64,000 nt of DNA from an uncultured Eubacteriales bacterium (GTDB lineage: Bacteria; Bacillota; Clostridia; Christensenellales; UBA1242): positions 7,227 through 71,226 of the forward strand of contig CATKYT010000002.1 of assembly GCA_949841245.1 (NCBI GenBank), given 5' to 3'. The notes under the pieces are model-generated. The model was not told where the DNA came from. It made no database searches and was given only the letters and a program-made list of their open reading frames with translations. Positions 16,904 to 30,900 of the stretch are shown here, one piece after another (position 1 is the first letter of the stretch; each line of letters opens with the position of its first letter). The position numbers and the translations under genes were made by a program.

Positions 16904-19900
16904 TTAGTTCGCCAAAACATCTTTATTTTCAACTTTAACAGGAACAACAGTTCTGTATTTTTTAAGACCTGTTCCCGCTGGAATAAGTTTTCCAATAATA
17001 ACATTTTCTTTAATACCGATAAGATTATCCACCTTACCTTTCAAAGCTGCATCAGTTAAAACTCTTGAAGTTTCTTGGAAAGAAGAAGCAGACAAGAACG
17101 ATTCAGTTGAAAGTGAAGCTTTGGTAATTCCAAGAAGAATTCTTCTGACAATTGCAGGTCTTCCACCTTCTTTCAACACTCTTTCATTTTCTTCTTCACA
17201 ACGAGAAATGTCAACAACATCACCAGTAAGAAGATTGGTGTCACCAGAATCTTCAATCTTAACTTTTTTAAGCATTTGTCTGATGATAATTTCAATATGC
17301 TTGTCATTAACTTTAACATCTTGACTTCTGTAAACTGAGATAACTTCTGAAAGCAAATATTGTTGAAGTCCTTTAAGACCTTTTGTAACAAGAAGATCAG
17401 CAGGGTTGATTGCACCAGCAGTGATTTGTGTTCCAGGTTCAACAGTGTCCCCATTCTTAACTTTCAAAACAGCAGGTTTTCTTACTTCATAATCTACATC
17501 GCCTTCACCAGTAATGATTGTAACGAGATAATTCTTAGCATCTTCTTTAATCTTGACTTTACCAGCAACTTCACACAATACACATTCACCCTTTGGTCGT
17601 CTTGCTTCAAAGATTTCTTCAACCCTTGGCAAACCTTGAGTAATATCAGCAGCAACCGCAGCACCACCAGTGTGGAATGTTCTCATGGTCAACTGAGTTC
17701 CTGGTTCACCGATTGATTGAGCAGCGATGATACCAACTGCTTCACCATGTGTAACCATATCTTTGCCAGCCAAGTTTCTTCCATAACATTTTGCACAAAC
17801 ACCATGTTTGCAACGGCAAGTGATAAGTGAACGAATTTGAACTTCCTTTATCCCTGCCTTAACAACTTGTGTTGCTTGTTCCTTAGAAATCATTGTGTTT
17901 GCAGGAACAATAACAGCCTTAGTTTTAGGGTCAACAATATCCTCAACAGCAACTCTGCCATAAATTCTTTCGTCCAAAGTTTCTTGAATGAAACCGTCAA
18001 CAATAAGATCAGAAACAGTAACACCCTTAACTTTTTCGCCTGCGTCAGCAAAACAGTCTTCAGTTGTGATGACTACATCTTGTGCAATGTCAACAAGTCT
18101 TCTTGTCAAATAACCAGAGTCAGCAGTTTTAAGCGCTGTATCAGACAAACCTTTTCTGGAACCACGAGAGTTAATGAAATATTCAATAGGTGTCAAACCT
18201 TGTTTAAATGAAGATTTGATTGGTGTGTCATTCTTAACACCAGAAGCAGTTGCTTTAATACCAATCATACCGCAGTCTTGGTTCAACTGAGTGTTGTTAC
18301 CACGCGCACCAGAAAGAACCATCAAACTGAATGGATTGAAAGTATCCAAATCTTTAACAACGGCATTTTGAACTTCGTTTACAGCTTCATTCCAAATGAC
18401 AATGTTTTCACTGACTTTTTCATCCTGAGTAATAAGTCCACGGCGAAGCAATTTTTCATTTTCCAAAACCTTTGCTTCTGCTTCTTTCAAAATTTCAGCC
18501 TTTTCCTTTGGTTCTTGAATGTCATAAATATTAACAGAGATAGAAGCCAAAGTTGAATATTTGTAACCGATGTCTTTAATTCTGTCAACAAGTTTAGAAC
18601 ATTCACTTGTTCCAAATTTATCATAACAGTCAGCAACAATCTTTTTAAGCTCTTTTTTCATAACAGGTTTATTGATTTCAAGTTCGCAGATATTTTCCGG
18701 ATTTGAACGATCAACATAACCCAAATTTTGTGGAATAATGTTGTTAAACAAAATTCTTCCAACAGAAGTTGTAATTCTTTTTGTGTAAGTTTTTCCATCA
18801 ACTTCTTTTGAAAGTCTTACAGTAATTTCTGCTTGCAAATCTAAGTTCTTAGTTTGATAAGCATAAATAACTTCATTTTTAGATGCATAAATAGAGCCTT
18901 CACCCTTTGCACCTGGTTTCAAAAGAGTTAAATAATAACATCCAAGCACAACGTCCTGAGCAGGTGTAACAATAGGTTCACCATCTGCAAGTTTCAAGAT
19001 GTTGTTGGAAGCAAGCATCAATGTTCTTGCTTCTGTTCTTGCGTCAATTGAAAGTGGAATATGAACAGGCATTTGGTCACCGTCAAAGTCGGCGTTGAAC
19101 GCAGCACAAACAGAAGGGTGAAGTTTAATAGCCTTTCCTTCAACAAGCACTGGCTCAAAAGCCTGAACTGAAAGTCTGTGAAGTGTAGGTGCTCTGTTTA
19201 AAAGCACTGGATGGTCTTTAATTACATCCGCCAAAACATCCCAAACAATTGGTTTTTCTCTTTCAATCATGCGCTTAGCACTCTTGATGTTGTTTGATTG
19301 ATTAAGGTCAATCAATCTGTTTATAATAAATGGTTTGAAAAGTTCCAAAGCCATTTCTTTTGGAAGTCCGCATTGATACATTTTAAGTTCTGGACCAACA
19401 ACAATAACTGAACGACCAGAATAGTCAACACGCTTACCAAGCAAGTTTTGTCTGAAACGACCTTGTTTACCACTGAGCATAGCAGTCAAAGATTTAAGAT
19501 CTCTTTGTTTAGAGCCTTGAACAGGTTTTCCGCGTTTACCATTGTCAATCAAGTTGTCAACAGCTTCTTGAAGCATTCTCTTTTCGTTTCTTACAATTAC
19601 TTCTGGAGCACCAAGTTCCATAAGTTTTTTCAATCTGTTATTTCTGTTAATCACACGGCGATAAAGATCATTAAGGTCAGAAGTTGCATATCTTCCGCCA
19701 TCCAATGGAACCATAGGTCTAAGGTCTGGTGGAATAACAGGAATTACATCCAAAACCATCCAAGTTGGATTATTTCCACTCTTTCTGAAAGATTCAACGA
19801 TGTCAAGTTTCTTTGCAGCCTTAATTTTGCCTTGACCCTTAGCGTTTTCAATTTGTTTTTTAAGTTGTTCGCTTTCTTTATCAAGGTCAACATGTGAAAG

Positions 19901-20437
19901 AAGCACTTTAATCACTTCTGCACCCATGCCAGCGTCAAAACTTCCATAACCAAATTTTTCAACGGCATCACGATATTCTTTGTCGTTTAAAATTTGCTTA
20001 TATTCAAGGTCAGTGTTTTTAGGGTCAGTAACAATATAATTGATATAATAAACAATTTGTTCCAATGTCTTAGGAGTCAAATCCAAAAGAGTCCCTATTC
20101 TGGAAGGAACAGATCTGAAATACCAAATATGAGTAACAGGAGTTGCAAGTTCAATATGACCCATTCTTTCACGGCGAACTTTGCTTCTTGTAACTTCAAC
20201 GCCACATTTATCACAGACAACACCACGGTAGCGTATTCTCTTATACTTACCGCAATGACATTCCCAGTCTTTTTTAGGTCCAAAAATCTTTTCACAGAAA
20301 AGACCATCTTTTTCTGGCTTTTGAGTTCTGTAATTAATAGTTTCAGGTTTTGTAACTTCACCATGTGACCATTCTCTAATCTTTTCAGGTGAAGCAATAC
20401 CGATTCTAATTTTTTCAAAGTTGTTTAATTCAAACAT
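16904..20437 (-). CDS. rpoC: DNA-directed RNA polymerase subunit beta'
   Basis: 1177 aa; zinc motif [20 protein letters not shown] and catalytic NADFDGDQM. Confidence 0.98.
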   Translation of the reverse strand: MFELNNFEKIRIGIASPEKIREWSHGEVTKPETINYRTQKPEKDGLFCEKIFGPKKDWECHCGKYKRIRYRGVVCDKCGVEVTRSKVRRERMGHIELATPVTHIWYFRSVPSRIGTLLDLTPKTLEQIVYYINYIVTDPKNTDLEYKQILNDKEYRDAVEKFGYGSFDAGMGAEVIKVLLSHVDLDKESEQLKKQIENAKGQGKIKAAKKLDIVESFRKSGNNPTWMVLDVIPVIPPDLRPMVPLDGGRYATSDLNDLYRRVINRNNRLKKLMELGAPEVIVRNEKRMLQEAVDNLIDNGKRGKPVQGSKQRDLKSLTAMLSGKQGRFRQNLLGKRVDYSGRSVIVVGPELKMYQCGLPKEMALELFKPFIINRLIDLNQSNNIKSAKRMIEREKPIVWDVLADVIKDHPVLLNRAPTLHRLSVQAFEPVLVEGKAIKLHPSVCAAFNADFDGDQMPVHIPLSIDARTEARTLMLASNNILKLADGEPIVTPAQDVVLGCYYLTLLKPGAKGEGSIYASKNEVIYAYQTKNLDLQAEITVRLSKEVDGKTYTKRITTSVGRILFNNIIPQNLGYVDRSNPENICELEINKPVMKKELKKIVADCYDKFGTSECSKLVDRIKDIGYKYSTLASISVNIYDIQEPKEKAEILKEAEAKVLENEKLLRRGLITQDEKVSENIVIWNEAVNEVQNAVVKDLDTFNPFSLMVLSGARGNNTQLNQDCGMIGIKATASGVKNDTPIKSSFKQGLTPIEYFINSRGSRKGLSDTALKTADSGYLTRRLVDIAQDVVITTEDCFADAGEKVKGVTVSDLIVDGFIQETLDERIYGRVAVEDIVDPKTKAVIVPANTMISKEQATQVVKAGIKEVQIRSLITCRCKHGVCAKCYGRNLAGKDMVTHGEAVGIIAAQSIGEPGTQLTMRTFHTGGAAVAADITQGLPRVEEIFEARRPKGECVLCEVAGKVKIKEDAKNYLVTIITGEGDVDYEVRKPAVLKVKNGDTVEPGTQITAGAINPADLLVTKGLKGLQQYLLSEVISVYRSQDVKVNDKHIEIIIRQMLKKVKIEDSGDTNLLTGDVVDISRCEEENERVLKEGGRPAIVRRILLGITKASLSTESFLSASSFQETSRVLTDAALKGKVDNLIGIKENVIIGKLIPAGTGLKKYRTVVPVKVENKDVLAN

Positions 20438-20643
20438 TCCGTTCTCCTTACTGATTTCACAGTTTTATTTTTGTTTTTTATCTTAACTATATTTCTCTAC
20501 ACATTGAAATTAATATTTTTCTTTCAATTCAGCACCCTGAATATCTGCTTTGTGTGTTCCAATTTAACAGAACTTTAATTTGACTCAACAGATTTAGATT
20601 CCGTTAAACATTTTTTCCGCTTCTTATTCTTACAAAGACCAAC

Positions 20644-20829
20644 TTCGCAAAAGAGTCGCCGTTATTTAATTTTACCAAATTAAGTAGCGACAAATCGCCA
20701 ACGACCGATTTTTGCTTACTTGATGTCCTAAGTGCGATTTCATTTGGTCGCTAAAAGGCGAGAACAAACGAAAAAGCGTAACTTTTGACAATCTTTGATT
20801 GGCAAAATAAGCAAAAGTGCAGTTATCGC
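20644..20829. repeat. Intergenic repeat, copy A (within the rpoB-rpoC spacer)
   Basis: Aligns by eye with 52337..52515. Shared blocks: AGTCGCC, CCAAC..CCGA(G)TTTTTG, TTTGGTCGC, GCGA(G/A)AACAA..AAAAGCG, CAGTT(A/T)TCGC. The stop-proximal ~30-nt unit is present twice in copy A. Confidence 0.65.
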
Positions 20830-23800
20830 CTATTCGTCAAAATCATCAAAATCGTCAAACATATCGATGTCATCTACGCCAGCAGGGTTTGTTTCTTCTT
20901 CAATTTCAAGTTCAACATCACTCTTTTCGTCACCACTAACATCACTGATAACATCATCAATGTCAATAGTAATCTTTTTAAGGTCATTTTCAACATCTGC
21001 TTCTGGTCCAATCTTATCTTGTTCATCTTGTGAAAGTTCTGGCAAGTCAATTTCTTCATCATTTTCTGTCAAAATCTTTACATCAAGTGCAAGAGCCTGC
21101 AATTCTTTAACCAAAACTTTAAATGATTCTGGAATTCCAGGTTCGGCAATAGGTTGTCCTTTAACAATTGCTTCAAATGTCTTAACTCTGCCGACAACAT
21201 CGTCAGATTTAACAGTCAACATTTCTTGCAACACATGAGAAGCACCATATGCTTCAAGAGCCCAAACTTCCATTTCACCAAATCTTTGACCACCAAACAA
21301 GGCTTTACCGCCAAGTGGTTGTTGAGTGATAAGTGAGTATGGTCCAATTGAACGAGCATGAATTTTGCTGTCAACCATGTGATTAAGTTTAAGCATATAT
21401 TCGTAACCAATAGTTGTTTTATTTTCAAATGGTTCGCCAGTTCTTCCGTCATAAAGTTGAACTTTTCCATCTTCTGGGAAATTGTTTTCTTTTAAAAGTT
21501 GTTGGATTTTTTCTGCATCCGCGCCATCAAAGTTTGGAGTTGCAACTTTCCATCCAAGTGAACCAGCAACAAGTCCCAAGTGAACTTCAAGCACTTGACC
21601 CAAGTTCATACGAGAAGGAACGCCAAGTGGGTTTAAAACAATGTCAAGTGGACGACCATTTGCCATATAAGGCATATCAGATTCAGGCATAACAATGGAA
21701 ATACATCCTTTGTTTCCATAACGACCTGCCATTTTGTCGCCGACAGAGAGTTTTCTCTTTTGAGCAATGAAAACTTTAACAAGTTCATTTACACCAGGTT
21801 CAAGTTCATCTTTATCTTTTCTTGAAAAGACTTGAACATCGACAACCACACCGCCTTTTCCGTGTTGAACACGAAGTGATGTGTCACGAACTTCTCTGGC
21901 TTTTTCGCCGAAAATGGCACGAAGAAGTCTTTCTTCTGGTGAAAGTTCGGTTTCGCCCTTAGGTGTGACTTTACCAACCAAAATGTCTCCTGATCTTACT
22001 TCTGCACCAATTCTGATAATTCCGTTTTCATCCAAATTTTTCAAAGCGTCTTCGCCCAAGTTTGGAATGTCACGAGTAATAACTTCATCACCAAGTTTAG
22101 TTGTTCTGCATTTTAATTCTTCAACTTTCAAACAGATTGATGTGTAAACATCTTCTCTGACAAGTCTTTCATTAATTAAAATAGCATCTTCATAGTTATA
22201 ACCTTCCCAGTTCATATAACCAACAAGGACATTTTTACCAAGAGCAAGTTCTCCATTATCTGTTGAGTAACCATCGATAATAACATCGCTCTTTTTAACT
22301 TTTTCACCTTTAACAACACAAGGTTTTTGGTTGAAACATGTTTCATCATTTGTTTTATCAAATTTGATAAGTGTATATATGTCCGTTTCACCATTTATAT
22401 TTTTAATTCTAACTTCATCAGCACTTACATATTCAACAACACCATCTTCTCTTGCAAGTTGTGTGTAACCGCAGTCATGAGCAACTTTTGCTTCCATACC
22501 AGTTCCAACAATAGGAGATTCTGGACGAAGAAGTGGCACTGCCTGTCTTTGCATGTTTGCACCCATAAGCGCACGGTTCGCTTCGTTTGAGTTAACGAAA
22601 GGAATAAGTGAAGTAGCAACAGAAATAAATTGTCTTGGAGAAGCATCTACAAAGTCAACTTGCTTAGCAGGAACTTCCACCGCATAATCCTTATGACGGC
22701 AGATAATTCTTTTGTTGACAAATCTTCCTTCTTCATCAAGTGGTTCAGTTGCTTGTGCAATATAAGCATTGTCTTCAATGTCAGCCATGAAATATTCGCA
22801 TTTGTCAGAAACAACACCTGTTTCCTTATCAACCCTTCTGTAAGGAGTTTCAAGGAAACCATATTCATTAACTTTGGCAAAACTTGTCAAAGTGTTTACA
22901 AGACCGATTGCTTGTCCTTCTGGTGTTTCAATAGGGCAAATACGGCCATAGTTTGTATAGTGAATATCACGAACTTCAGCATCTGCTCTTTCTTTTCTGA
23001 TACCACCAGGACCAACAGCAGAAACACGGCGTTTTTGTGTGATCCCTGAAAGTGGATTTACTTGATCCATAAGTTGTGAAAGCTGTGAAGAAGCAACAAA
23101 TTCTCTTAATGCTCTGTTCACCGCTTTTGGATTTACAATTTGTCTAGGAGTAACTTCTGAAAGTTCCTTTCCTTGCAAAGTTTCTCTGATGTTTGTAACA
23201 AGTCTTGTCACACCAGAACGGAAGTGGTCATATAAAAGTTCACCAACTGTGGCAATGCGTTTATTAGACAAATGTTCAATTTTGTCTACGCCACAAATAT
23301 CTTCCAAAACATCAAGATACATACTGATTGAAGCCAAAATGTCGTCCATAGTAAGAGTTGTAATCATCAAATCTTTTGCGTGTTCTTTGATTGCTTGCAT
23401 TCTCTTTTCTTTGGTTTTGTTATCTTTTAAAATTTCCGCCAAAACAGGATAGTAAACTTCTTCCAAAATTCCCAAACTCTTTTCATCACAAGGGAAAACA
23501 TCTGAAAGTCTAACTCTGTTGTTGCCTCTGATAAGATATTTTTTGTCTGGAAGTTGAATCCAAACTTCGTTTACACCGCTTGCTTTAATTTTGTGAGCAA
23601 TTTCAGCACTTGCAACTGTTCCAGCCTTAGCAATAAGTTCGCCATCAGGAGAAACAACATCTTCAGCAATTGTGTGACCTTCCACTCTTTTTTCAATAGA
23701 CAATTTTTTGTTAAGGTTATATCTTCCAACTCTTGACAAATTATACCATTGATCAGAAAAGAACCAAAGATTTAAATAACTTCTTGTGGTTTCAGCAGAA

Positions 23801-24537
23801 GGAACATCAGCAGGACGAGTCTTTCTTGCAAATTCAATAAGTGCTTCTTCTTGTGTATTTTGAGTTTCTTTTTCAAGAACATTCTTAACGAGTCTATGGT
23901 CACCAAACATCTTAGATATTTCGTCTGCAGTGTAACCAAAACATTTCAAGAAAAGACCAAGAGTAATTTTGTGGCGTCTGTCAAGAACGACTTTCAAAAC
24001 TTCGTTTGCACCTTGTTCAAATTCAATATACATTCCACGCTTAGGAATAATCTGACCACGAAGTGTAGAATTATCTCTTGCTTTATCTCTTAAAAGATAA
24101 TAGTTTGGAGATTTAATAATTTGATTTACAACAACTCTTTCAACTCCATTGAAAATGAAAGAACAATCTTCGGTCATATAAGGAATATCACCCAAGAAAA
24201 CAGTATCTTCAACGGCTTGACCAGTTTCTTCAACGACAAAACGAGCCTTAACATTAAGTGGAATAGAATAAGTTGCACTTCTTCTTTTGCATTCTTTTTT
24301 GTCGTATTTTGGTGTCAAATCCAAAACAGGTTCAAGAAAATGCAATTCTGCCTTTCCAGAATAATCCACAACAGGAGAAAATTCGTTAAGAACTTCTTTA
24401 ATTCCATTTGTAATGAAATCTTTATAAGATTCTTTTTGAATTTCAAGAAGTGGTGGAATATCGATATAATCTTTGAGTTGAGCAAAAGTATATCTTTCCG
24501 CTTTTCCAAATTTCTGCTTTTTCATAATGTTAGACAT
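20830..24537 (-). CDS. rpoB: DNA-directed RNA polymerase subunit beta, with an acidic C-terminal extension
   Basis: 1235 aa; conserved blocks ([30 protein letters not shown]). GGAG SD before ATG 24537. Confidence 0.98.
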   Translation of the reverse strand: MSNIMKKQKFGKAERYTFAQLKDYIDIPPLLEIQKESYKDFITNGIKEVLNEFSPVVDYSGKAELHFLEPVLDLTPKYDKKECKRRSATYSIPLNVKARFVVEETGQAVEDTVFLGDIPYMTEDCSFIFNGVERVVVNQIIKSPNYYLLRDKARDNSTLRGQIIPKRGMYIEFEQGANEVLKVVLDRRHKITLGLFLKCFGYTADEISKMFGDHRLVKNVLEKETQNTQEEALIEFARKTRPADVPSAETTRSYLNLWFFSDQWYNLSRVGRYNLNKKLSIEKRVEGHTIAEDVVSPDGELIAKAGTVASAEIAHKIKASGVNEVWIQLPDKKYLIRGNNRVRLSDVFPCDEKSLGILEEVYYPVLAEILKDNKTKEKRMQAIKEHAKDLMITTLTMDDILASISMYLDVLEDICGVDKIEHLSNKRIATVGELLYDHFRSGVTRLVTNIRETLQGKELSEVTPRQIVNPKAVNRALREFVASSQLSQLMDQVNPLSGITQKRRVSAVGPGGIRKERADAEVRDIHYTNYGRICPIETPEGQAIGLVNTLTSFAKVNEYGFLETPYRRVDKETGVVSDKCEYFMADIEDNAYIAQATEPLDEEGRFVNKRIICRHKDYAVEVPAKQVDFVDASPRQFISVATSLIPFVNSNEANRALMGANMQRQAVPLLRPESPIVGTGMEAKVAHDCGYTQLAREDGVVEYVSADEVRIKNINGETDIYTLIKFDKTNDETCFNQKPCVVKGEKVKKSDVIIDGYSTDNGELALGKNVLVGYMNWEGYNYEDAILINERLVREDVYTSICLKVEELKCRTTKLGDEVITRDIPNLGEDALKNLDENGIIRIGAEVRSGDILVGKVTPKGETELSPEERLLRAIFGEKAREVRDTSLRVQHGKGGVVVDVQVFSRKDKDELEPGVNELVKVFIAQKRKLSVGDKMAGRYGNKGCISIVMPESDMPYMANGRPLDIVLNPLGVPSRMNLGQVLEVHLGLVAGSLGWKVATPNFDGADAEKIQQLLKENNFPEDGKVQLYDGRTGEPFENKTTIGYEYMLKLNHMVDSKIHARSIGPYSLITQQPLGGKALFGGQRFGEMEVWALEAYGASHVLQEMLTVKSDDVVGRVKTFEAIVKGQPIAEPGIPESFKVLVKELQALALDVKILTENDEEIDLPELSQDEQDKIGPEADVENDLKKITIDIDDVISDVSGDEKSDVELEIEEETNPAGVDDIDMFDDFDDFDE

Positions 24538-24721
24538 ATTTCAATCTCCTTATAAACTTTGCGTTGTTATATTTACCATTAAAGTTCAAAAATTCCCAAA
24601 AAACACATTGCGAACATCAAAATAGTAAAAAAAAGACCTTGGAGACAAAAAAAGACCCCAAACTCCATAATTTTAAGTTAATTTTGGTAAATATTTTTGA
24701 ACATCACGCATTAACTAAACG

Positions 24722-24750
24722 ATTATAACAAAACGGTATTAAAAAGTCAA
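24722..24750 (-). promoter_or_regulatory. Consensus sigma-A promoter for rpoB (about 177-nt leader)
   Basis: The minus strand reads TTGACT (24750..24745), 17 nt, TATAAT (24727..24722). Confidence 0.6.
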
Positions 24751-24914
24751 CGCTTTTTAATAACAAATTTTAAATTTTTGTATTTTTTTTGATTAATTAA
24801 AGAAAATCAATGCGGATTTTGTCTGTGGTAATTAAAATAAATATAAATTTCTTCCACACATCTAAATATTAACATATTTTCACTCAAACATACAAACAAT
24901 TTTAACTATATTTC

Positions 24915-24949
24915 AAAAAAAATCATCGCCTAAAACATTAAGCGATGAT
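24915..24949 (-). terminator. Intrinsic terminator of the giant-protein gene
   Basis: Stem ATCATCGC/GCGATGAT (8 bp) with 12-nt loop, followed on the minus strand by T7-8. It begins 6 nt after the stop at 24955. Confidence 0.75.
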
Positions 24950-24954
24950 TAAAT

Positions 24955-27900
24955 TTAAAATAAATGATCAAATTCAATTGCTGTGCCTGTGGTAGAACCA
25001 AAGAAATTAGCAAAGAGAATATAATTACTTCCACCTTGTTCAGGTCTGGTAAATGTAATATCACAGAAGCAAACTGAATTATCAGCAGGAGAGATGCTTT
25101 CAGTTATATATTGTGATTTTGGAATTTCCAAATCTCCATAACTGTCATTCAAAGCATCATCTGTGGATTTTAAAGTAATGGTTACATCAGAACTTGCAAC
25201 TCCCCTGTCCACAACATTAACTTTTCCGATAATGGAAGAATCGACATTTTCAAATGAATAAGAAGCACCATTATCAAAACCAATTATTGCCCCTAAATAA
25301 GCTTTGACAGTGTTTGAGTAAACGCCGACATAAATTCCAAAGTTTGGAACAATGTCAGTGCCCAAAGATGTAATTTCAAATTTATTGCGTCTTTGTTCGT
25401 CACTTGTTGACATGAAGATGTTGACATTTCTGCTTACTGAACCAGCCAAACCACCAACTCCAACTTCGCCTTCTTGTTCATAAAGTCCACCAACTTGCAA
25501 ATTGGATAATACATCAATATTTTCCAAAGTAAGTGTAGCATTGCCAGATGTGTTAATTGAACCTGCAATTCCGCCAACATAACAATAACCAATGATGTCG
25601 GCTTTTACATAAATGTCATTCAAAGCGACAGAAGCATTTATCAAACCTGCAATTCCACCCAAAGAGCCAAATCCTTTGCTTGCACTAATTGTGCTTACAG
25701 CAATAGATTGAGTGGTTTTGACATTATTAAGAACACCACCACTAACCAATCCAGCAAAACCACCAATAGCATTTGCTGTGTAAGGCATGGTTGAGAAGTT
25801 TTTGAAATATGTTCCTGAGCCAATAATTTCAACATTTGAAACATTACCTTTGCTTTCTCCGCAAACAAGTCCACCATAGTTGTAAGCATTGACAACATTT
25901 GCATCCAACATTTTAAGCGTAACTTTATCTACATATGCATTTCTGTCAATAAGACCAAACATAAGACCTGCCTTTGCACCCAACACAGAAACGACTGTAT
26001 CTTTAACAGTGTTGATTGTTTTTCCATTTCCACTTAAAACACCAAAGATAGATCCAGCAAAAGAATAAGAAGTATAATCAGTTGAACTGCTGTTAAACTC
26101 ATTTAAAATAATGCTTTGATTTCTTGCCACAGCATCCACACTTGAATAAACATTTTGGAATTTATAATCACCAAGTGCAAGACCTGCAACACCACCAACA
26201 ATGTTAAGTCCAGAAACATTGATGTTCTGATTTTCACCTAAATCATTGTCAACAAAACTGCTGTCTGTCAATATGTTGATGTTTACAAGTGTTCCACTGT
26301 CAACTTTACCAGCCAAAGTTCCTACAACCCTTGCATTAGAGAAAGAAACCACTTTTGGTAATACAGTTAAATTCATCACAGTGCCAACAGAATTATTATT
26401 AGCACCACCAATTTCAGCAAACAAACCACCATAAATCAGTGATTCCCCAGAAGTCAATGTAATGCCCTTAATTGACATGAAGTTGCCTTCCATATAACCC
26501 ATAAATCTGGTTTTGTTAAGTCTGCTTACATCAGAATATTCAGCATAATCAATGTCAGATATAATTCTGTAATATTTTTCGTTTAATCCAGTAATCTGAC
26601 TGTTTTCAGATGCAATCAATGTTTCAAAGTTTTCAGCATTATTAATAAGAATTGGATTATAAATCGAGCCATAACTGTTTCCAGAATAAGCATAACTGTA
26701 AACAATTGAAACTGCACCTTCATCGCCAACTACTTCACTAACTCCAATCAAATTTCTTTGTGAACGAGCAATAATGTTTGCTGCAACAAGTTCAATTCTG
26801 CCAGTGTTAAATTCACATTCATTGAAATTAGCGTTGTCACTTGCATTGTCATTAAAGAACCAAACTGAATTTACATCTCTGCCATCAGCAACGACATATT
26901 CACCAAAATATTTGGAAATATTGTCATGATAAACCACTTCTCCGTTTACATTTTCAGAATAGTTTCCAAAGTCTTTGATTTGAAGTTCTTTAATGTCTGT
27001 AAACTGATCTTGTGGAATTTTTTCAATGCTTACATTAATAGGTGTTTCATAATCAGCATCAGAAAGATAATAACAATTTTTAATTAAACCATTGGTTTCA
27101 TTTCCATTTGACCCACTTTCCAATTTATTGGACCTTGCAAAACCAAAAGAAGATGCTTGATTACTTGCCAAAACGCTGGTTGAAAAACATCTTTCAATAT
27201 TTCCCGCATTTTCATATACAAATCCAGAAGCAAAGAAACCACGATGCTCCAAATTGATGTTGGAATAACAATCTTTAATGTCCCCTGTGTTTGAATATGC
27301 AAAACCTGAAATTTGATAACCAGACGAAATTCTGTTTTCAGTCCCTTCATAGAACACAGAATTTTTATCAGCCACACCGCTTACATAAGAAGTATAAATC
27401 TTTCCATTGTTTACAACAACAAACCCAGCAGTGTTTCTTACAGCAGTGGAATTTATGATGCTTGAGCCATAATAGTAACTGCTTGTAATAACACCATAGG
27501 AACTGTTTATGCCAACTAAGCCAGCAATGTTTGCATTCCCCCTGATGTTCACTTTAGAACGGGAATGTGTAAGATAAGCATTATTTGTTGCGACAATTCC
27601 GCTGATATAATTTGAAGATGCATCAATTATGTTATTAACAATCAAACTTGCACCATTCAAAGATTCTGCTTGACAATTTGTCACAATTCCGTTGTTTGTT
27701 GAAGCAAGAAGTCCAATGTTAAAGTTTTGAGCAGTAACATTGAAAGTTGTGTCAGATGAAATTCTTATATTGACATTACTTATAATTGCTTCTTCAACAA
27801 TTTCAGCAAAAATTCCAATTTCTGAAACATCAAAATCATATTCCCCAGAGAAATTGATGTTAAAGCCATTTCCATCAAGTCCAGCAATGGAAGCAGTTAT

Positions 27901-30900
27901 TGGCATAAATTGACTTTCGCCTTCGTGTGCTTGTGCATAAACACTGTCGTGCAAATCTATGTCAGAAAGCAAGATATACCATCCATCATCTTCCATAGCA
28001 ATGAAATCTTCATATGTTCTTATTGGAATAGGACTGTTTCTTGTGCTTTGCTGACGAATGTTAAACACAAAGCGTGTTTTAATTTTGTCCAAACCATTTA
28101 CAGAAGCGTTGTATAAACCACCATTAATGTCATAGAAACCTTCGCATTCAAAATAATAAACATTTTCTTGACTGTGATATTCTTTAAGTGCTGTGAAAGT
28201 AAATGAATCAATGACATAATAATCATTCGAGATTTTTCTTCCATTTGTCAATTGTGTGCCCATTGGATAATCGTTTACATCAAACAAATTCCAAGTCATA
28301 TTTTGTGTCAAGTCATTGACAAATTTTGAAACTTGTTGACTTACTCCTGAAATTGAACTGTCAAATTCAATAAATTCACTTATGTTTGACCTAAATTCAA
28401 ATGGATTACCTATTGTGATGTTGATCGCCCCATCTTCCATGCCATAGACAATATCTTCATTGATGCCATCTGTAAACATGTAATTAAGCACATATTCCAT
28501 TACATAAATTTTTAAAACATGATTAGTAATTATGTTGACATTGTCCACAACTTTCTTTGCAATTGTTGTAACTTCAACATAATATCCTGCTTTGTCGGAT
28601 GGATAGAAAATAATGTCATTTGTTACATTTAAAGTGAAAGTTTCTTTATCAAATGAAACAATGTTTTCGGCATTGGTTGAAACTTCCAAAGAATCTGTGG
28701 CAAAATCAAACCCATAACTTTCAAGATGCAATTTATAAGAAAGTCCTCTTGCAAGATAATAATAACCATTTTGTTCTTTCTTTGCATCAAAAACAAGTTT
28801 GGCATAACTTTCAAGTTTAGTTGTTAAATCGATATGTCTATTCTCATTTTCACCAGAAAGTTTTTTTACAGAAACATTAAATCTTACCGAAACACCATCT
28901 TCAACATTGATTGAAGGCAAAGTGTAAATCAAGAAAATTTTCCCCACATAGAAATCGTTGTCTTTTCCAATCACTTCTTCAAGTTTAGTAATCATATCTT
29001 CATATGTGAATGTGTAAACACCATTGACATAAGTCCCGAAATTTGGCACCTTTACATATTCAACGCTGGAAAAAGCATTATATTTTCTGTAAGCAAATTG
29101 GAAAGACGCAATTCCAGCACCCGCATTAGAATTTCTTTCATCATTAGAAATTGTAAATCTGTCAAACACTGCTTCAATAGGGTCAAGGTCAATTTCAAGC
29201 AATCCTTCTTTAGATGGAACTATCACTTGGTCTGGTTCAGTTACATTATTTTTGTTTGAGAAATTTCTGATTTCAAAAGAACTTAACTCTGATTCTTCCA
29301 AAGTCACAACATAAGAAAGTGTTGGAGCACCTTCGGCATTTAATTCACTAGCGAAGAATTCAATTACATAATCGCCAAATATATCTTCTTTAAATCTGTC
29401 TTTAAACAAATCACTGTTGGCATTAACCATTCCTGTGAAGTTAAATACATTTCCAGTCCTTGTAAATTTCAAATTAAATAAGGTGTCTTTATTATCCAAA
29501 ATGCTGTTGATGTAATAAGACCAACTTTGATAATTTGGTTTCAATTGTTCACTTAAATTGTCATATTCTGTGTCTGAAATTATGGAGTTTAAATCAACTT
29601 TTGATGGAAATCTGCTTTGAATCACTTTTCCAAATTTATTGGTTATGCGATAGAACAACAAATCTTCATCATTCGAAGAAGTCACCGTGATGGTGTCATG
29701 GAATTCTTCGTTTGTTTTTACAATATAACCACCCATTGTTTGTGAAACAATTTTTGTTGCTCTGTCACGATAGGTCAGTTTTAAGTTGATTGAAGCGTTT
29801 TCCAAAACATAATAGAAAACAAATTTATTTCCATTTTCATCAGTAACAGGAGTTGCCAAAACTGGAACAATTTGGTAATTATCAATTTCGCCATTGACCA
29901 CTTCTCCATCTTTTCTTAAAAATATAATTGTTTGAGCATCAATGTTTATTGTTGAAAAATAATCTTCACTTGTTTTGTCAGTTAAATCTTTCACTGTCAA
30001 ATTGGCATTTTTTCTCAACTGATAACTTACATTTTTATATGACAAAACACCCGTTTTAGAAATTGAGAATTTTGTTCCATTTACATCTTTGCAATTTTGC
30101 AATTCATAAGATGGCACAAGATTAATTGTTGTATCATTATATCCATATATATTTACATTGCTTCCACTGGATATTGGATTTGAATTTAAACTTGCACCAG
30201 TGTAGAACATAGACATTTCGTCTTTGTTAAAGAAATTTACTACATAAACATAGACAGTTTTTGTGACATTTACATTCAAAATGCTGGACAAGTTAAGCAC
30301 AGCCACTCTGCCAGAATTCAAAACAGTCAGGTTTCCGTTGGAATCCACTGTCAAAACATCTGTGTTTGAAGATGTGATTTTAATGTCATTGCTGGATGTG
30401 GAGAAAGCAAATGGATAGAATTCGCTTCCAACATTTACTGTGTTAAGATCGTTAATTTCATCTTGAATTGAAGCATTTTCGCTTCCAAGACGACCAGTCA
30501 CAGCAAAATAATACATAAAGAACACATCAACATCCGTTGTTTCATCGGATGACATCATAAAAGGATTGTTATCTTTGTCATAATCCATGACAACACTGCC
30601 TTTCTTGAAAGTATATGCTTCTTGCAATTTAATGTCGTTGTCTTCATTATAAACAATTATGTAATCACCATAATATGATGTCTTAGATTGAGAAGAAACT
30701 GCAACAATCGGTCCAGAAAGTGGAGCCCCTCTTGAAAGATAAGAATATGCTTCAAAGTGATAACCAGAATAATCCAAACCATTGAAACCACCAATAGCAA
30801 AGAAAGAATTTGTCACATTTACAGGCAAGTTGCTTTCAACTCGGGTTTTAATAATCATAGAACTGTAAAAGCACACTCTGCCATCATCAATGGCTGAAAT

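Noticed and set aside
20795-21238. 147-aa Ser-rich ORF on the plus strand, and many other 60-150 aa ORFs antisense to rpoB, rpoC, relA, uvrA and the giant genes (e.g. 19448..19897, 24121..24555, 9571..10077)
   Set aside because: They lie entirely inside long, well-supported genes on the opposite strand. Their composition is the mirror image of those genes (a Ser-rich frame opposite the acidic tail), and none has an SD or promoter of its own.
24538-24715. Attenuator in the rpoB leader (two AAAAAAA(A)GACC direct repeats with weak pairing around 24630..24670)
   Set aside because: The possible stems are only 4-5 bp with wobble pairs, too weak to call a terminator or structured element by eye.
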